45,897 nucleotides of DNA, from contig JAYUXI010000488.1 of assembly GCA_043753085.1 (NCBI GenBank), positions 1 through 45,897 on the forward strand. The letters are read 5' to 3'. Shown piece after piece: positions 34,562 to 42,262 of the stretch. How positions within the stretch are numbered: position 1 is the first letter of the stretch; each line of letters opens with the position of its first letter. The notes beneath the pieces are model-generated. The model was not told the DNA's origin and did not search any database. It was given only the letters and a program-made list of their open reading frames with translations. A program made the position numbers and the translations under genes. The DNA is from Myxococcales bacterium. GTDB lineage: Bacteria > Myxococcota_A > Polyangia > Polyangiales > Polyangiaceae.

Positions 34562-34616
34562 ATAAATATAGGGATTCGTTCTTGCGCCGCGAGTTCGACG
34601 AGATAGGGTGAGACCC

Positions 34617-35087
34617 ATGAAGGGCGACCCGCAAGTCATCGATCTCCTCAACGAAGTGCTCACCGGCGAGCTCACCGCGGTGAACCAGTATTTCCTGCAC
34701 GCACGCATGTGCAAAAACTGGGGCTACAAGCGCCTTGCCGACAAAATCTACCACGAGTCGATCGACGAGATGAAACACGCCGACAAACTGATCGAGCGCG
34801 TTCTGTATCTCGAAGGTCTGCCCAACGTGCAGCGCCTCGGCAAGATCAACATCGGGCAAACCGTGCCGGAGCTGCTGAAGAACGACTACGGCGTCGAGCT
34901 TCTCGCCCTGCCCTTGTTGCGCAAAGGCATCAAGCTTTGCCGCGACGTGGCCGACAACGGCACCGAAGATCTGTTTCTCGCCATCCTCAAGGCCGAGGAA
35001 GAGCACGTCGACTGGCTGGAAACCCAGCTGGGGCTTTTGCAGCAGGTCGGCGAGGGGCACTACCTCGCACAACAAATGCACGAGTGA
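34617..35087 (+). CDS. bfr: bacterioferritin
   Basis: '[39 protein letters not shown]......[21 protein letters not shown]' carries the ferroxidase Glu/His residues and the heme-ligand Met in 'DEMKHAD'. It also has the '[12 protein letters not shown]' motif. Confidence 0.95.
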   Translation: MKGDPQVIDLLNEVLTGELTAVNQYFLHARMCKNWGYKRLADKIYHESIDEMKHADKLIERVLYLEGLPNVQRLGKINIGQTVPELLKNDYGVELLALPLLRKGIKLCRDVADNGTEDLFLAILKAEEEHVDWLETQLGLLQQVGEGHYLAQQMHE

Positions 35088-35118
35088 ACCGGTTGCTCGC
35101 GCATCTGCAACGGCAGCA

Positions 35119-35262
35119 GTGCACATCGTGGTCGGCCGCCTGACGGGCACGGCCGTCGTCCACGGACGAGTCTGGTCCTCATGTACCAACCTCAAGGCCG
35201 ATGCCAACGGCAAGGTCAACATCGTGATCGGGTGCCCAACGGGCACCAGCGTCGTCAAGTGA
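35119..35262 (+). CDS. candidate unlisted small ORF (47 codons, two Cys), function unknown
   Basis: It is in frame 1 between bfr and top6B. 41 of 47 third positions are G/C by my count, and the frame has no stop from 35086 to 35262. The peptide is 'VHIVVGRLTGTAVVHGRVWSSCTNLKADANGKVNIVIGCPTGTSVVK'. Only GTG starts are available (35119 or 35128) and there is no clear SD. Confidence 0.3.
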   Translation: MHIVVGRLTGTAVVHGRVWSSCTNLKADANGKVNIVIGCPTGTSVVK

Positions 35263-35339
35263 CGGCCGCCCCCCGAGTTCCAGCTGGTTTCAGCTGATAG
35301 CTTGACCAGGTGCCGGCGGAGAGGATAGGGCCCGAAACC

Positions 35340-37154
35340 ATGCCCAAGCCTGCTCGCGCCGAGCCAGCCACCGAACCAGACGCTCCCGTCAGCGAGCGCA
35401 AGCCCGCGCGTCGCGCCACCGCGGAGACGATGGCGACCAAGCAGCGCGAGATCTCGGTCAGCGAGTTCTTCACGAAAAACAGGCATCTGCTCGGGTTCGA
35501 CAACCCGGCGAAGGCGCTGCTCACCACCGTGAAAGAAGCGGTCGACAACTCGCTCGACGCCTGCGAGGAGGCCGGCATCCTCCCGGAGATCGCCGTCACC
35601 ATCACCGAGATCGCCAAGGATCGTTTCCGCGTCACCATCGAGGACAATGGCCCCGGCATCGTCAAGCTGCAGATGCCGAAGATCTTCGCCAAGCTGCTGT
35701 ACGGCTCGAAGTTCCATCGCCTCAAGCAGTCGCGCGGCCAGCAGGGCATCGGCATCAGCGCCGCCGCACTCTACGGGCAGCTCACCACCGGCAAGCCGGT
35801 CGTCATCACGTCGAAGACCGGCAAGGGCCGGCCCGCGTACCGCATCGAGCTGCGCATCGACACGAAGCGCAACCAGCCGGACATCGTCAGCGAGGCGGTG
35901 GTCGAGTGGCCCGACGTCGAGCACGGCACGAAGGTCGAGCTCGTGCTGCAGGCTGCGTACCGCGGGGGGCGCACCGGCGTCGACTCGTACCTCGAACAAA
36001 CCGTCGTCGCGAACCCGCACCTCGGCTTGCGCTTCACGCCTCCCAAGGGCGATCCGGTGATCTATCCGCGCGCCTCGAACGAGCTGCCGCGCGAAGCGCA
36101 GGAAGTGAAGCCGCACCCGCACGGCGTCGAGCTCGGCATGCTGCAGATGATGCTGCAGGACGCCGAGGGCGAGACCATCAAGTACGTGCTGCACGATCGC
36201 TTTGCCCGGGTCAGCTCGGCCATCGCCGATCGGATGTGCCGCAGCGCCAAGCTCGATCCGAAGATGCTGGCGGGCGCCGTGCACGGCGAGGCTCTGGATC
36301 GCTTGCATGCTGCACTTGGCGCGGTAAAAGTGCTGGCGCCATCGGCGAGCAGCGTCGTGCCGATCGGCGCGGACTTGCTCGAGGTCGGCCTGCGCCGCCG
36401 CTATCCCAAAGCCGAGTTCTTCGTGTCGGCCACGCGGCCGCCGTCGGTCTACCGCGGCAATCCGTTCGTGGTCGAAGTGGGGCTCGCCTACGGCGATCCG
36501 ACCATGGTCTCCGACGAGCCCGCCGACGTCATGCGCTTCGCCAACCGCGTGCCGCTGCAGTACCAGCCCAAAGCGTGCGCCATCAGCGAGTCTGTCTACG
36601 ACACCAACTGGCGCAACTACGGGCTGACTCAGCCCAAGGGCAGCTTGCCACACGGTGCGCTCGCCATTTGCGTGCACCTTGCAAGTGTCTGGGTGCCGTT
36701 CACCAGCGAGGCCAAGGAAGCCGTCGCCCACTACGACGAGCTGCTGCGCGAGATGAAGCTCGCGGTGCAGGAGTGCGGCCGTCGCCTCGGCTCCTTCTTG
36801 CGCGCCCGCGAAAAGGCGCAGAGCGAGCAGAAGCGCCTCGGCATCTTCCAGCGCTACATCCCCGAGGTGGCCACGGCGATCGGCGCGCTGCTCGGACTCG
36901 ACCGCAAGCCGATCGAAGCTTCGTTCCAGGCGGCGCTCTCCAACTTCGTACGCATCGCCGCCGAAGAGCCATCCGAAGAAGAAGCGCCGCCGCGCGTGCT
37001 TTCGATGCCGCCGCCCCCCGACGACGCGGAGCGGCCGATCTCCGAGCCGCCCCCGGTGGTGAAGAAGTCGCCTGCAGCAAAAAAGCCCACGACGAAGGCG
37101 CCAGCAACCAAGACGCCCGTGGCCAAAAAGAGCAAGAAGAAGGGAGCACGCTGA
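35340..37154 (+). CDS. top6B: DNA topoisomerase VI subunit B (GHKL ATPase) with a Lys/Ala/Pro-rich C-terminal tail
   Basis: '[41 protein letters not shown]' includes the N-box. It also has 'IEDNGPGI' (G1) and '[14 protein letters not shown]' (G2). I preferred the ATG at 35340, which is preceded by GGAGAGGA; the GTG at 35310 is the alternative. Confidence 0.9.
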   Translation: MPKPARAEPATEPDAPVSERKPARRATAETMATKQREISVSEFFTKNRHLLGFDNPAKALLTTVKEAVDNSLDACEEAGILPEIAVTITEIAKDRFRVTIEDNGPGIVKLQMPKIFAKLLYGSKFHRLKQSRGQQGIGISAAALYGQLTTGKPVVITSKTGKGRPAYRIELRIDTKRNQPDIVSEAVVEWPDVEHGTKVELVLQAAYRGGRTGVDSYLEQTVVANPHLGLRFTPPKGDPVIYPRASNELPREAQEVKPHPHGVELGMLQMMLQDAEGETIKYVLHDRFARVSSAIADRMCRSAKLDPKMLAGAVHGEALDRLHAALGAVKVLAPSASSVVPIGADLLEVGLRRRYPKAEFFVSATRPPSVYRGNPFVVEVGLAYGDPTMVSDEPADVMRFANRVPLQYQPKACAISESVYDTNWRNYGLTQPKGSLPHGALAICVHLASVWVPFTSEAKEAVAHYDELLREMKLAVQECGRRLGSFLRAREKAQSEQKRLGIFQRYIPEVATAIGALLGLDRKPIEASFQAALSNFVRIAAEEPSEEEAPPRVLSMPPPPDDAERPISEPPPVVKKSPAAKKPTTKAPATKTPVAKKSKKKGAR

Positions 37155-38416
37155 TGGCTGCCAAGAAGACCACGTCGCCGCCGAAAGCATCGCAAAAGCA
37201 GAAAAAAGCCGTCGTCGCCGCGCCGCCGGCCGCCGCTGCGGTCGCGAAAAAAACCGTGAAGAAAACCGCGAAAAAAACCAAAGAGCCCGAGGTGTTCGTC
37301 GCGCCCGCGAAGGTGGTGCTCACCAACGAAACCGACATCAAGACGATGAACAAGCTCCTGAAGGTCGCGCAGAACGCGGTCAAGACGGTGCAAAAGGGAC
37401 TGAGCCCCGCGCTCGAGATCCGTACGCGCTCGCTGTCGAACGTGGCCTTCAATCCGAAAAAGCGCATCATCGAGCTGGGCGACAAGACCCAGTCGCGCGA
37501 GTTCTTCAACACGGCGATGGCGCGAAAATTCATGCAAACGATGCTCGTGGCCAACGGCTGCAAGCAGCTGCTCGAGCAGAACAAGACGGTCTCGATTCGT
37601 CAGATGTTCTACATGACGAAGCACACCATCAAGGGCACGAGCGAGAACACGTTCGAGGACCAGAGCGAGAGCGATCCGGTCATCGAGGATCTCGAGGTCG
37701 CCATCGACGCCCTGCGCGAAGAGCTGCACTTGTTCGCCAACCGCCGCGGCCTCGTGGTCGGCGAGATGGTGGTGGAGGACGCGGGCGATCGCATCGATCT
37801 GGCGCGGCTGGGGCGCGGCGGCTGGGGCATCCCGAGCATCTGCGAGGAAGACGAGCTGAAGTTCATCAGCCACAAGGCCGACTACGTGCTCCTCGTCGAG
37901 AAACAAGCGGTGTTCCACCGCCTCAACGAAGACAAGTTCTGGCGCATCAACAAGTGCATCCTGATGACCAGCGAAGGGCAGGGCGCCCGCGGCGTGCGGC
38001 GCCTGTTGCAGCGCTTTTCAACCGAGCTGAAGATCCCGATCTACGTCCTCGTCGACAACGATCCGTGGGGACTCTACATCTACTCGGTGCTCAAGCAAGG
38101 CTCGATCAGCCTGGCCTACGAGTCGATGCGCATGGCCGTTCCCGGCGTGCGCTTTCTCGGCATGAGCTCCACCGACTACCAGAAGTTCACGTTGCCGCCG
38201 GCGGTGGAGATCAAGCTGTCGAAGGAAGACATCACGCGCGCCAACCAGATGAAGGCGTACCCGTGGTTCGCGCACAAGAAATGGCAAGGCGAGATCAACG
38301 CCATGCTGGAAAACGGCTTCAAGATGGAAGTCGACGGCCTCCTCACGAAGAGCATCTCGTTCATCACCGAGGAGTACATCCCGAAGAAGCTGCGCGACAA
38401 AGACTGGATCGACTAG
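37154..38416 (+). CDS. top6A: DNA topoisomerase VI subunit A (Spo11/Top6A) with a Lys/Ala-rich N-terminal tail
   Basis: It has the catalytic-Tyr segment 'VSIRQMFYMTK' (compare Spo11 'R-D-I-F-Y'), Toprim 'YVLLVEKQAVFHRL' and 'IYVLVDNDPWGLYIY'. The start overlaps the top6B stop (TGATG), with GGGAG 7 nt upstream. Confidence 0.9.
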   Translation: MAAKKTTSPPKASQKQKKAVVAAPPAAAAVAKKTVKKTAKKTKEPEVFVAPAKVVLTNETDIKTMNKLLKVAQNAVKTVQKGLSPALEIRTRSLSNVAFNPKKRIIELGDKTQSREFFNTAMARKFMQTMLVANGCKQLLEQNKTVSIRQMFYMTKHTIKGTSENTFEDQSESDPVIEDLEVAIDALREELHLFANRRGLVVGEMVVEDAGDRIDLARLGRGGWGIPSICEEDELKFISHKADYVLLVEKQAVFHRLNEDKFWRINKCILMTSEGQGARGVRRLLQRFSTELKIPIYVLVDNDPWGLYIYSVLKQGSISLAYESMRMAVPGVRFLGMSSTDYQKFTLPPAVEIKLSKEDITRANQMKAYPWFAHKKWQGEINAMLENGFKMEVDGLLTKSISFITEEYIPKKLRDKDWID

Positions 38417-38448
38417 GGCGGGACCTGGGAAACCAAGTCATGAAGAAG

Positions 38449-39018
38449 CTACTTGCTGGCGACGAGACGAACGGTGTCCCACGTCCGTGTGGTGACGTCC
38501 TTGCCGTACGTTCTTTCGATGATCGTCATGAATATCGGGCCCTTGTCGCCCGGCACGTACGCGCTCAATAGCTCGGCGCCGCGCAGCTCGAGGAGCCATG
38601 CGTCCTTGCCTTCGACGGGAAACGTGAGCTTGTTGGTGGGCGTCGCGCGCAGAAAGGTCACGATGCGTTTGGCGCGGTCGGGCAGCGGAAACTTTGCGAA
38701 AGGATCGGCGGCGAGCAGCGTCTCGAGCTCGGCGATCGAGCGGACGATTGCCGGAAAGCCACGGTCGAGGCCCGCGGCGAGCACGCCTTCGAGACGTCGC
38801 TCGAGCGCCTTGCGCGTGGTCGCACACGGTACGTCGAAGACCACGTTGCCGCTGGACCGCACGGTCACCACGTTGCTGAAACCAGCCTCTTCGAGGCACC
38901 GTTTCAGGTCGGCCATGCGTAGGTTCATCGGACTGACGCCGCGAAGCAGCGCCGCGTAGCGCAGCGCGTTCGCTTTGCGCGGGGAGGCTGGCGTGGGCTT
39001 CGTTTTCTTCGCGGCCAT
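38449..39018 (-). CDS. DUF1697-family protein with a basic N-terminal extension
   Basis: 'YAALLRGVSPMNLRMADLKRCLEEAGFSNVVTVRSSGNVVF' matches the DUF1697 N-terminal block (LLRG[IV]N..G.N...M..L......GF.NV.T...SGNV.F). It is preceded by 'MAAKKTKPTPASPRKA'. Confidence 0.75.
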   Translation of the reverse strand: MAAKKTKPTPASPRKANALRYAALLRGVSPMNLRMADLKRCLEEAGFSNVVTVRSSGNVVFDVPCATTRKALERRLEGVLAAGLDRGFPAIVRSIAELETLLAADPFAKFPLPDRAKRIVTFLRATPTNKLTFPVEGKDAWLLELRGAELLSAYVPGDKGPIFMTIIERTYGKDVTTRTWDTVRLVASK

Positions 39019-39235
39019 CGTGGGTCCGGCAGAGCATACCCAAGATAAGCTTCCGTGAAACGCGCGCGAATCCAGGGAGCATGACTCCTTTCCGCAGGAT
39101 GTTCTCTAGCCACAAGCGTTGCTGGCTTCCACCGAGCCAGGGCAGCGCATCGAAGCCGTGCCGAGCTCCGGCACACACGTGCCGCGATGGATCCTGGCCT
39201 TCGCGCTTGGACTAACTGGGCTACCAAGTTACTAA

Positions 39236-39991
39236 AAACCGATAAACAGCTTCTACCGCCTCGCTTGGCATTTTTCGTGGACGGCGTTGTCCGCCCTCCT
39301 GTCGGCATGCTCGGACGAAGAACGTGCCGACGACTCCCTCGGCGGCGCCCTCGTCGATGCTGCGGCATCACGCGACACCTCGGCGGACGAAAGATCGCCG
39401 AGCAGCAGCTCTTCGAGCGGCGGCCGCCCGTCTGGCGGGGACGCTTCGTCCACCTCTCACGACGCGGGCGCCACCGATGGCGAGGCAGACGCCGACGCGG
39501 GCGCACCGGATCGGCGCATCGATCCCATCGAAGTCGGCCGCGCGTGGACCTAGGCGGTGACGCAGCTCGGCTTGTACCCGGCATGTCCGGGTGGCGTGCA
39601 CACCTCGAACGTGACCGCCGCCCGCACGCTGGCGGGCAAACCTGCCCGGACCGTGGAGTCGCTCTGCACCGGCCTCGGCCCCTACGAGTACGCGGTGGAG
39701 GGCGATCGCGTATTCACCTTCGACCCCTCCGCGGAGGACTGGGTGTTGTCCTTGGATGCGCCCGTCGAAGAAGGACACGCGTGGAGCGACGGGAGCCGCG
39801 ATCTCGTGTGGTCGACGCGCGGCACCATGACCGTTCCTGCCGACACGTTCGAGGACTGCTGGGCGGCGGTGGAAGACGTCGGGTACGACTCGTTCACGGC
39901 ATTTTGCCGCGGCGTTGGCCCCGTCCACTGGCACTACGAAGACGGCTTCGGCAACGGCTACGACGCGCAGCTCACCCCCCTGAGCTTCTGA
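39236..39991 (+). pseudogene. lipoprotein-like gene interrupted by an in-frame TAG (39551-39553) and lacking a canonical start upstream of its signal peptide
   Basis: A single frame reads '...FYRLAWHFSWTALSALLSAC-SDEE...(Ser/Asp/Gly/Ala linker)...RIDPIEVGRAWT*AVTQLGLYPACPGG...HWHYEDGFGNGYDAQLTPLSF'. The only start codon before the lipobox is the TTG at 39287, which is 7 codons before the Cys. The GTG at 39557 could restart translation. Confidence 0.5.
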
Positions 39992-40009
39992 GCTAGAAGG
40001 CGGTGGGTC

Positions 40010-40675
40010 ATGGGCTCTTTCGAAACGCGCTCGCCCCGTCGCCCTTCGCTCGCGGTCACCGTCTTCGAAGATCTGGCGGCGGCCATTCTCACCCAGCGCA
40101 TCGTGGGCACGCTGCCCCCGGAGCGCGAGCTCGCAGAGCGCTTCGGCGTCTCTCGCATGCTGGTGCGGCAAGGGGTGCACCGCCTGGCGGAGGCGGGGCT
40201 GGTGCGGTTACGACAAGGCGGAGCGACCAAAGTATTGGATGCCAGCGAGTGCGGCGACCTGCGCGTCATCGAGCTATTGTACCGCTTCGGCGCGGGCGTC
40301 GAGCCGGCCTGGGACGAGCTGCGCCTTCACGTCGTCGAAAAGCAATACACGCAAGGCTTGTCGTTGCTGGATGCGTTCGACCGCAACGCCGCGCCGGCAG
40401 CGCGCGCGAAGCTCGTTGCCGTCGCCGGCAAGACGACGAACGCCGACGTCTACGATCCGGAGTTCTGGGAAGAAGTTGCGCGGGGCGGTGGCAACCGCGT
40501 GCTCCTCGCCGAGGTTCGATGGTGGTACCACGTGCTCGCCGAGCGGCCGCGCAGCGCCGCCGATCCCGAGCAAACGCGTGCATTCTACCAAGAGCTCGCA
40601 CGCAGGCTTCACGCGCGTGACGACGCCGTTGGCTTCTACCGTCTCACGCTGGGCGCGCCGCGGAGCACACGATGA
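40010..40675 (+). CDS. GntR-family transcriptional regulator (FadR/FCD-type C-terminal domain)
   Basis: It has the winged-HTH segment 'LPPERELAERFGVSRMLVRQGVHRLAEAGLVRLRQGGAT.V'. Its stop overlaps the next ORF's ATG (ATGA at 40672-40675). Confidence 0.85.
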   Translation: MGSFETRSPRRPSLAVTVFEDLAAAILTQRIVGTLPPERELAERFGVSRMLVRQGVHRLAEAGLVRLRQGGATKVLDASECGDLRVIELLYRFGAGVEPAWDELRLHVVEKQYTQGLSLLDAFDRNAAPAARAKLVAVAGKTTNADVYDPEFWEEVARGGGNRVLLAEVRWWYHVLAERPRSAADPEQTRAFYQELARRLHARDDAVGFYRLTLGAPRSTR

Positions 40676-42170
40676 GGATGCAGTGGCTCCTGCCGGTCCT
40701 TTTCGCCGCGGCGCTCGTGCACTGCGGAGCGCCCACGATGTCCGCGCCGGCCGAGTACGCGAGTCGGCCCATCTCGGCGGAAGCCGGCAAGACGTACTTC
40801 GAGGAAACCGGCGGCGGCGATCCGTACGCGACCGGCATGGCGTACCCGGCGTTTCTCGCGCTCATGGGTTTGTTTCCCCAGGAGCTCGGCAAAAACTGGG
40901 CCGAGTTCTCCGCGAAGTTCGGCACCATTCCGCGGCCTGGGCAGGAGCGAGATCCATGGGCTCTCCCCATCGGTTTTCACATGACGACGGATCCCAATAC
41001 GGGCGTGCCGTTCGTCGTCGGCAACTGCCAGCTGTGTCGTGCGAAGCGGATTCGCACTCTGCAGGGTGACACCTGCGTTACCGGCCTCGGGAACGCGAGG
41101 GTTCGCATCCACGCCTACGACAACGCGCTGGTACGTATTGGCGAAAGCGAGAACTTGTCGAGCGACGCGCTCGAGCACATGGCCCTGGGCCACGCCAAGC
41201 GGCTCGGACTGGCATGGCCCGGGCACCTGCGACGCGCCATTCTCGACGCCACGGTGGCGGGCATCCGCACCCGGAGCGCGCTACGCGGACCGTATGTAAA
41301 GCGCTTCGATGGCGCGTTACCCGGTCGCATGGCAACCATCGAAAGCTTCGCGCTGGGCGCCATGTACGTGACCGGCCATCCGGTCGTGCCCACGAAAGTG
41401 ATTGGCTGAGCGCGCGTGCCGGATGTTCGCGGCACGCCGTTCCGAGAAACCCTCTCGTTCGACGCATCCGGCTATGGTTCGCCTCAAATTCTGGTGCAGG
41501 AGGCGGATTTCTTGTTCGGCGTTCGGCCTGCCTGGGTGCGCTCGCACCTGCACATCGGCACGAGCATGCTGCTCTACCTGCGCAGCTTCACGCGAAAGCT
41601 GCCATTCCCAGGGCCGCTCGACCGCGCCAGGGCCGAGCGCGGACGCGGCCTTTTCGACGACACGTGCGCACGGTGCCACGGCTACTACGTGCAGCATGGC
41701 GACGAGATGCGTGTAAGCCACAAGGAGCGCGTGGTGCCGCTCGACGAGGTCGGTACCGATCCAGCGCGCGCGGATGCCGTCACCCCCGACTTCGTGGAGG
41801 TATCGAACTCGGTTGCGCTGACGGAAGGGCTCACTCGCGTGCGCCACACCGGCGGGTACGTGCCCCCGGTGTTGCTCGATGTGTGGGCCACGGGGCGTTT
41901 ACGGCCACGTCGGACAGTGGCCGAGCTTGGCGGCTCTGGCCACGGAGCCAGCGGCGCGGCCAGTGCGCTACGCTCTCGATTCCGACGGGCTCTACGACCT
42001 GGAGCGCATCGGCGTGCGGTACGACGCGGCGCCGGCGGCGCCTACGCGCGCGAACGGATATTTGTACGACGGCACGTTGCCCGGGTATGGTGCAAGTGGC
42101 CATGCGTTTCTGTCGAGCCTTCCGGCCGACGACCGCCAAAGACGTCCTCGAATACCTGAAGACGCTCTGA
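40672..42170 (+). pseudogene. secreted cytochrome c / CCP-MauG-like protein, apparently disrupted (in-frame TGA plus two frameshifts)
   Basis: It has the signal peptide 'MRMQWLLPVLFAAALVHC'. 'GNCQLCR' at 41026-41040 sits where CxxCH is expected. There is a TGA at 41407-41409 with the same frame continuing. An intact 'CARCHG' lies at 41665-41679. The sensible sequence jumps from frame 1 to frame 2 near 41885 ('LLDVWATG' then 'VYGHVGQWPSLAAL') and from frame 2 to frame 3 near 42130 ('SSLPADDR' then 'KDVLEYLKTL*', with the stop at 42168-42170). Confidence 0.55.
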
Positions 42171-42262
42171 TTCTGCGGCGGGCTTGCGCGGAGGATGGTA
42201 GCTGCTCGGGCCCCATCCCACGCCAGCCGGTGGCACCGGCGCTGCTTCAAGCGAGGCTCCCC

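Noticed and set aside
35088-35160. A possible bacterioferritin-associated ferredoxin (Bfd) right after bfr, suggested by 'GCSRICNG' in frame 3, which resembles the Bfd 'CLCNG' start.
   Set aside because: That frame has no start codon and quickly becomes Arg-rich nonsense ('HRGRPPDGHGRRPRT'). It also lacks the second Cys pair. Coding periodicity supports frame 1 instead.
34551-37190. An 879-aa ORF on the minus strand spanning bfr, the spacer and top6B.
   Set aside because: It lies antisense to two genes with unmistakable family motifs. Its translation is Arg/Gly/Ala/Leu-rich with no motifs, which is typical of stop-poor antisense frames in GC-rich DNA.
37154-38416. The visibly lower G+C of top6A, considered as evidence for recent horizontal transfer.
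   Set aside because: The extra A/T sits mostly at first and second codon positions, reflecting a Lys/Ile/Phe/Asn/Glu-rich protein. Third positions remain predominantly G/C as in neighbouring genes, and there are no flanking mobility genes, tRNA or direct repeats. This is not computed and remains a by-eye judgement.
39187-39996. A 269-aa ORF in frame 1 covering the lipoprotein-like locus.
   Set aside because: Its translation is dominated by Arg, Gly and Pro runs ('RRLPRRRPRRCCG...'). Frame 2 gives a lipobox, a linker and a globular domain, so frame 2 is the coding frame despite its lesions.
41407-41409. The in-frame TGA in the cytochrome-like gene, considered as a possible selenocysteine codon.
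   Set aside because: The surrounding sequence is not a redox Cys/Sec motif and I see no obvious SECIS-like hairpin immediately downstream. The same gene also carries two frameshifts and a degraded heme motif, so a nonsense lesion or a true gene boundary is the simpler reading.
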